This document shows, one piece after another, positions 59,059 through 64,000 of a stretch of 64,000 bases of DNA (positions are counted from its first letter, which is position 1; each line of letters starts with the position of its first letter). This DNA is from Heteronotia binoei (Eukaryota): NCBI RefSeq assembly GCF_032191835.1, contig NC_083231.1, forward strand, positions 4,154,001-4,218,000, given 5' to 3'. The translations under genes and the position numbers were made by a program. A model generated the notes under the pieces. It made no database searches. It saw only the letters and a list, made by a program, of their open reading frames with translations, and was not told the DNA's origin.

Positions 59059-61091
59059 TGGAGATGGCATTTCCAGCCTCCCGCTTGTTTTCCTTCTTGT
59101 GCTAATGTTCAGGCTGTGGGGTGTTTGTGTGTGCGTGTGTGTGTGTGTGGTAAGAGACATGCAGGAGGCTACTAAAGGGAAGTGCCGAGCTTCTTACCCA
59201 GAAGCAGACAAGGAGACCCAATAGTAGCTGTCTTTCCATATGTGAGGCTCTGTGAACACAGTAGGGCAGAAAAAGGGAGTGCCAATGGAGGAAAGGGAGT
59301 CTGTTTGTGAGAGAAGGCTCTGCCATCATGTCCCACCCCTAGAGCAGCCAAGCTGCACAGAGGCAGAATCCCTGTTGCTGGAATCCCATAGCTGGAGCTG
59401 CCTGGCTTGATGTTCCTTCTGCTGCTGGCCTGTAACAAAAAGTTGTCGTCGTGTCACTCTGCAGTCCAGTTGGTCAGTGAGGCTGGGGGGTTCTTCTTGT
59501 TGTTGCTCTGGTGATAACGCTATTTGTTGTCGGACTTTGTTTGCCAGGAAGGAGTGTGAGAAGGTTAAAGCCTTCGGTTGGTTTGAAGAGGACCAAGTGT
59601 GACTCCTCTTGCTGCATCATAATCTGCTTGACAACTTTGTGTTGGAAACGGGTAGCTGGGATGGATGGAGCTGCTCGAGGTGTGGCCCCGACTTGCCCGC
59701 GTTGCTTGAAGAGCTGCTGCATTGGGTTTTTGAACTCATCTGTCAATCAGCGACAAAAAGAGGGTTTGGGCACTTTGAGAATTTTTGTATTGAGTTTCGA
59801 AGCTTCTTTTAAGCCTTTCTTTTTTGAAGGTGCCACAAAGCTCTTGTTTATTTTTGCTGCAATAGGATATCATGGCTACTGCTCAGAATTGGATTTGCTT
59901 CTTGGTGGACTTTTGTGTTTGTGTGTGTATGTGTGTGAAAGCCCCCTCATGCTGGTCCAGGAAGGGATTTTGGGTGGGTCGAAGGCAGTCTTTGTAGTCT
60001 CTGCAAGGCCACACATAGTGAGCAGAGCAACAGTCAGAAAAAAAGTCCACCCTTTGCAGGGTTTTTTGTGTAACAGCTGTGCTACTCTGGGTCATCTTCC
60101 TTGTGGGTGCTACTGTGGGAAGGAGTATCAGGGCGTCCGATTCTGTGGCCTTGGGGTACAACATCTTTAGCATCCTTAAATGTGATCTCAGTACCTCTCG
60201 TCTCCACATTCAGTCTTTCCAGCTTGGAATTGGTGCAAAATCTGATCATAAGCAATCTAAGGGTAACACCAAGGAGAAAAATAGCAACCAAAGCTCTCTG
60301 AAGAAGAATATATCCCCTCTCTGGAAGAATCCTTCTTCTGCTGCCTCTAAGCTACCAGGTTTGCCCACTTTGGGGAAAAACTGATGTCCAAAGTCCCAGC
60401 ACTACTCATGCTTTTGGACTTCTTTGCAGTTTCTCCCCTGTGATTTTTAAAAACTAAAATGTATCCTTAAGCGGAAGGAAGAGGTAGACAGGTTGGTAGA
60501 TACTGGCAGTCGAAATGACCCCTTTGAGAAGGTCTTGACCTTGTTGAGCTGCAGCCCTCTCTTCATTCCGAAAGCACCGTCTCTGGATCGAAGTGCTTTG
60601 TGTTCTTTGTCCGTTTCTGCAGGGGAAGCCGGATCCCACCATTTCCCTTCATGGGGCTCGCTCTATACTGGCTTTGGCCTGTTTGCCCAGGTTCATAACT
60701 ACTCTCCCTCAGAAGCTTATTCAAATAACGGTAAATTCTGATGCTGGGAAATGATTGGAGAGACGATGTTTGTGTCTTTGATTTTGGAGGCTGTTGCCCT
60801 CTTGTTGGTACGATAGCCATTCTCTGGACCAGGACCACAATTCCTGTGCCTCATTAGGGCCCACCAGATCCTTGCTGGGTGCTGCTCTCCAGCCTTTCTT
60901 TTCTAGCAGGGTCGTGGAGAGTCCTGTCCAAGGTCCTTGGGCTGTCATGACTCTCAGCCTTGTTCTGTGGCTGCAGACTGGAAGCTGTGGCGAGGTCACG
61001 AGGTCAGCGCTCCAGCAGAGATTCAGCGCTTGTCTGTCTGTAAACGTGGAGGTTCCCTTTGGTCACTGGCAGATCCCTCCTCCGTGAATCT

Positions 61092-61205
61092 TTTTTTTTT
61101 TTAAGTCAAAATCAGGTTTTATTGACATTTCCATATATCCATAAACAATAACTGACAGCATAGTATATATACAAGTAATAAAACCCATCCACCACCAAAC
61201 CAACA
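61092..61205 (-). mobile_element. 114-bp retroposed insert with AATAAA, poly(A) and 16-bp TSD
   Basis: TSD CCTCCTCCGTGAATCT at 61076-61091 and 61206-61221; T-run at the left end. Confidence 0.85.
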
Positions 61206-61319
61206 CCTCCTCCGTGAATCTGTTCTCTCCCCTTGTAAAGCTGTCTGTGCCTGCGGTCATCACTCTGTCCTTTGGCAGCAAAGTCCACATTTTAATCACT
61301 CATTTTGTCCATCTTGAAT

Positions 61320-61575
61320 TTTGCCCATCAGCTTCGCTGGATGCTCTCAGGTTCTGGTAATTTGGGTCAGTTCTCTTCATTAACTCGCTCCACTCCATGC
61401 AGGATTTTATAAGCTTCTATCATGCCCCCTCCCCCACCTTAGTCATCCCTTTTTGGGAGGGAACTGAAAAGTCCCCGACTCTTCAGCCTTTCATCACAGG
61501 GAAGGGGCTCCAACCCCCAAATCATTTTGGTTGTCCTCCTCTGTGCCTTGTTGAGCTCTTGATGCCCTTTATGAG
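61320..61575 (-). mobile_element. CR1 LINE 3' fragment
   Basis: Reverse of ..ACCAAAATGATTTGGGGGTTGGAGCCCCTTCCC..GGCTGAAGAGTCGGGGACTTTTCAG.. ORF2 end. Confidence 0.65.
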
Positions 61576-61831
61576 GTACTAGGAATAAGGCCCACTGGGC
61601 GAATGGATACAGTGGGCTCTAGAAGGAGGCTCTAGTCAAGTGCCCCGGCCTTGGGCACTCAGGGTCATGATGACAATCACACAGATGCTGAAGCTCAGCA
61701 TTCCTTTTGCATTGTGTTGTTGCTGCTTTTTCCTCTCGTATTTGGCCTTTCAGTGTTTATCATCAGTGTGTGCGTGTGGCATGATCTGGGTTTTTCGGCA
61801 TGGCATGATTGAGTTATGGTATACCATGGAG

Positions 61832-62420
61832 CAGGGGTGTCAAACATGCAGCCCAGGGGCCAAATCAGGCCTTGGAGGGCTCCTATCAGACCCCAGAACA
61901 ATTGGCTGTCATCTGCTTCCTTCTCCCTCTCTTTCTTCCTTCTGCATAACAGCTTGATTTGCAAGGTTTGCTCAGTGCACAGGAGCTACAAAGTCTCTAT
62001 TGGCTGAGGCTCCTCCCTTGGGGAAGAAGTGGGGGAAGGAGAGCTTGCTTTGTCAGGCTCTCTCAATCACACAGCAGAGCTACTGAGCCAAGTCTCTCTT
62101 CCTTCTATTGACTGAGGCTTCTGGCCCCCTGGGGAAGGAAATAAAGAGCCAGAGCTTCCTTTGCCCAGTTCCCTGGATCCCATAGGAGAAATACAAAGAA
62201 AGCACCTTTAAGACCAACGAGTGTTAATGTTTTAAGCATGTTTTATTTTAAGTTTTTTTTAAAAAAAAAAATCTTTGTGTTTATCTGTGTCCTTTATAAA
62301 ATTTATGTCTCTGCTGCCTAATCTTCAATAGGTACACATATGGCCTGGCCTGACATGGCTTGGCCCAACAAGGTCTCATTTATTTCAGATTCGACCCTGC
62401 CATCAGATTTGACACCCCTG
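61832..62420. mobile_element. hAT-type MITE (TIR CAGGGGTGTCAAA)
   Basis: CAGGGGTGTCAAAC / TTTGACACCCCTG; flanks CCATGGAG / TCATAGAG (6 of 8 match). Confidence 0.8.
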
Positions 62421-63229
62421 TCATAGAGTATGCACCTCAAGGTAGCCATTTTCTGTAGAGGAAGTGATTAACTTTAGCTTTTCATCTCCTCCCCCCTCCC
62501 TGTAGCCTCTACCAAGGAAAAGTACAGTCTTTCTCCACAGTGGGGACCAAAGCAGGAGGGAAGCTACCTACACAGAGTCTACCCTGCAAAGCAGCCATTT
62601 TTTCTCAGGGAAGTGATCTCTGCCATCTGGAGAGCAATTGTAATTCTGTGTGGTCTCCAGTCCTCACCTGGAGATTGGCAACAATGGTCCCCCAGGAGGA
62701 AATGGCTGGTTTGGAGGGTGGAGTGTATGGCATTGTACCTGTCTGTGATCCTAGCCCTCCTCAAACCCCACTGTCTCCGCCCCCCCCCCCTCAAATCTCC
62801 AGAAATTTTCCAACCTGGAGTTTGAAACCCTCTCTCTTTCTCAGCCAATTTTTATCTGCCCCTCTGACTTCAGCTTTTCATCTCCTCCCCCCTCCCTGCA
62901 GCCTTTAACTAGGAGGAGAACAGTCTTTCTTTGTAGTGTGGGCCAAAGCGGCTTACATCATTCTCCTCTCCCCTTTTTGATCTGTCCAACAACCCTGTCA
63001 AATAGGTTAGGCTGAAAGTCCAAAATCACCAAGTCAGCTTCCACAGCAAGAACTTGGGTCTGGCAGCCCCTTCTCTGAAGCACTAACTGCTACAGCCAAG
63101 CCTAAAGTCATGCCAGTCAGGTGGCATCAAGTCACCCATAGGGTGCTGTCAGGGGTAGGGTAGCCAACGTCCAGGTGAGCCTGAAGATCTCCTGGTATCA
63201 CAACTGAACTCTAGACAACAGGTCTTTCT

Positions 63230-64000
63230 TCCCCTGGATAGGATAGCATCCAAATCGCAAGAGGTCATCGTTCTATTGTACACTGCATTGGTCAGGCCAC
63301 ACCTCGAGTATTGTGTGCAGTTCTGGACAGAATGGAGTGGGTGCAGAGGAGAATGACGAGGATGATCAGGGGCCTGGAGATGAAGCCCTGTGAGGGACTG
63401 CCGAGGGACTTGCAAATGTTTACTCTGAAAAAAAGGAGGTGGAGGGGGGGGGGGACAGGATTCCTCTCTTGAAGTACTTGAAGGGCTGTCCCTCAGAGAA
63501 AGGCAAGGAGCTGTTCCTGTTGGCAGCAGAGGAGAGGGGTTTAAAGTAAGGGCAGAAAGGTACTGGCTGGATAGTAGGAAAACTTCTTTACAGGAAGAGT
63601 GGTTTGATAGGGAGCGTAGCCTTGGTTTTTACCACCCTGAATAATTTAGTGTCATCCGCAGACTTGGCTACTCTGGTGCTTTCTCCTGGTTTACTCAGGA
63701 GTCTGTGATGAGATGCATTGTCACAAACCGTCTGCAAGTCCAAGTATATCAGGTCTCCTGGGTCACCGTCGTCCACGTTTGTTCACTTTCTCAGAGAACT
63801 CCAAAAGTTTGGTGAGGGAGAACTTCCCTCTGCAGAAGCCCTGCTGGTTTCCCCTCCTTAGGGTCTGTGCCTCACAGGTCTCTCTTGGATTGCAGCTTCT
63901 ACTCATCTGCCTGGGACAGCCCTGTAATTACAGCTGCCTGCCCTGTAATTCCCTGGTTCTCCTCCGGACCCCCTTTTAAAAAGCGGTGTCACATTCGCTC
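63230..64000. mobile_element. Two CR1 fragments in opposite orientations (+ ~63230-63590; - ~63600-64000)
   Basis: [17 protein letters not shown] on plus; DGDPGDLIYLDLQ and AKSADDTKLFRVVKT on minus. Confidence 0.75.

Noticed and set aside
59511-60170. 219-aa ORF after the TULP3 stop
   Set aside because: Non-ATG start, Cys/Leu-rich UTR-like composition, no recognisable domain.

Overview
Vertebrate genomic DNA, very probably a gecko (squamate-type SINEs, CR1 subfamilies). Two host genes sit head-to-head on one CpG island (~18900-20500). (1) FOXM1, minus strand, 5' part only: putative non-coding exon 1 ~19400-19600; coding exons 9443-9968, 5990-6141 and 935-1135/1138; the rest is left of the window. 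(2) TULP3, plus strand, complete: 11 coding exons from 20166 to 59058, 1401 nt = 466 aa + stop, all GT-AG with consistent phases. RHNO1, which lies between these genes in human, could not be found, and only ~550 bp separate the FOXM1 start region from the TULP3 ATG. Introns are packed with transposons: CR1 (two large copies), L2, RTE/RTE-X-like, Vingi-like and L1-like LINEs, a Penelope-like element, a Tc1 relic, hAT MITEs, and tRNA- and 5S-derived SINEs. Most notable: an intact minimal hammerhead ribozyme in a TSD-flanked Penelope fragment plus decayed relatives; four tandem arrays built from retroelement termini, two with higher-order structure; an apparently eroded FOXM1 N-terminal repressor domain; and a shared promoter combining cell-cycle (E2F/CHR) and ciliary (RFX X-box) motifs. 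Exon coordinates were read base by base. TE boundaries are approximate. TE family names and human comparisons are from memory, not from searches.
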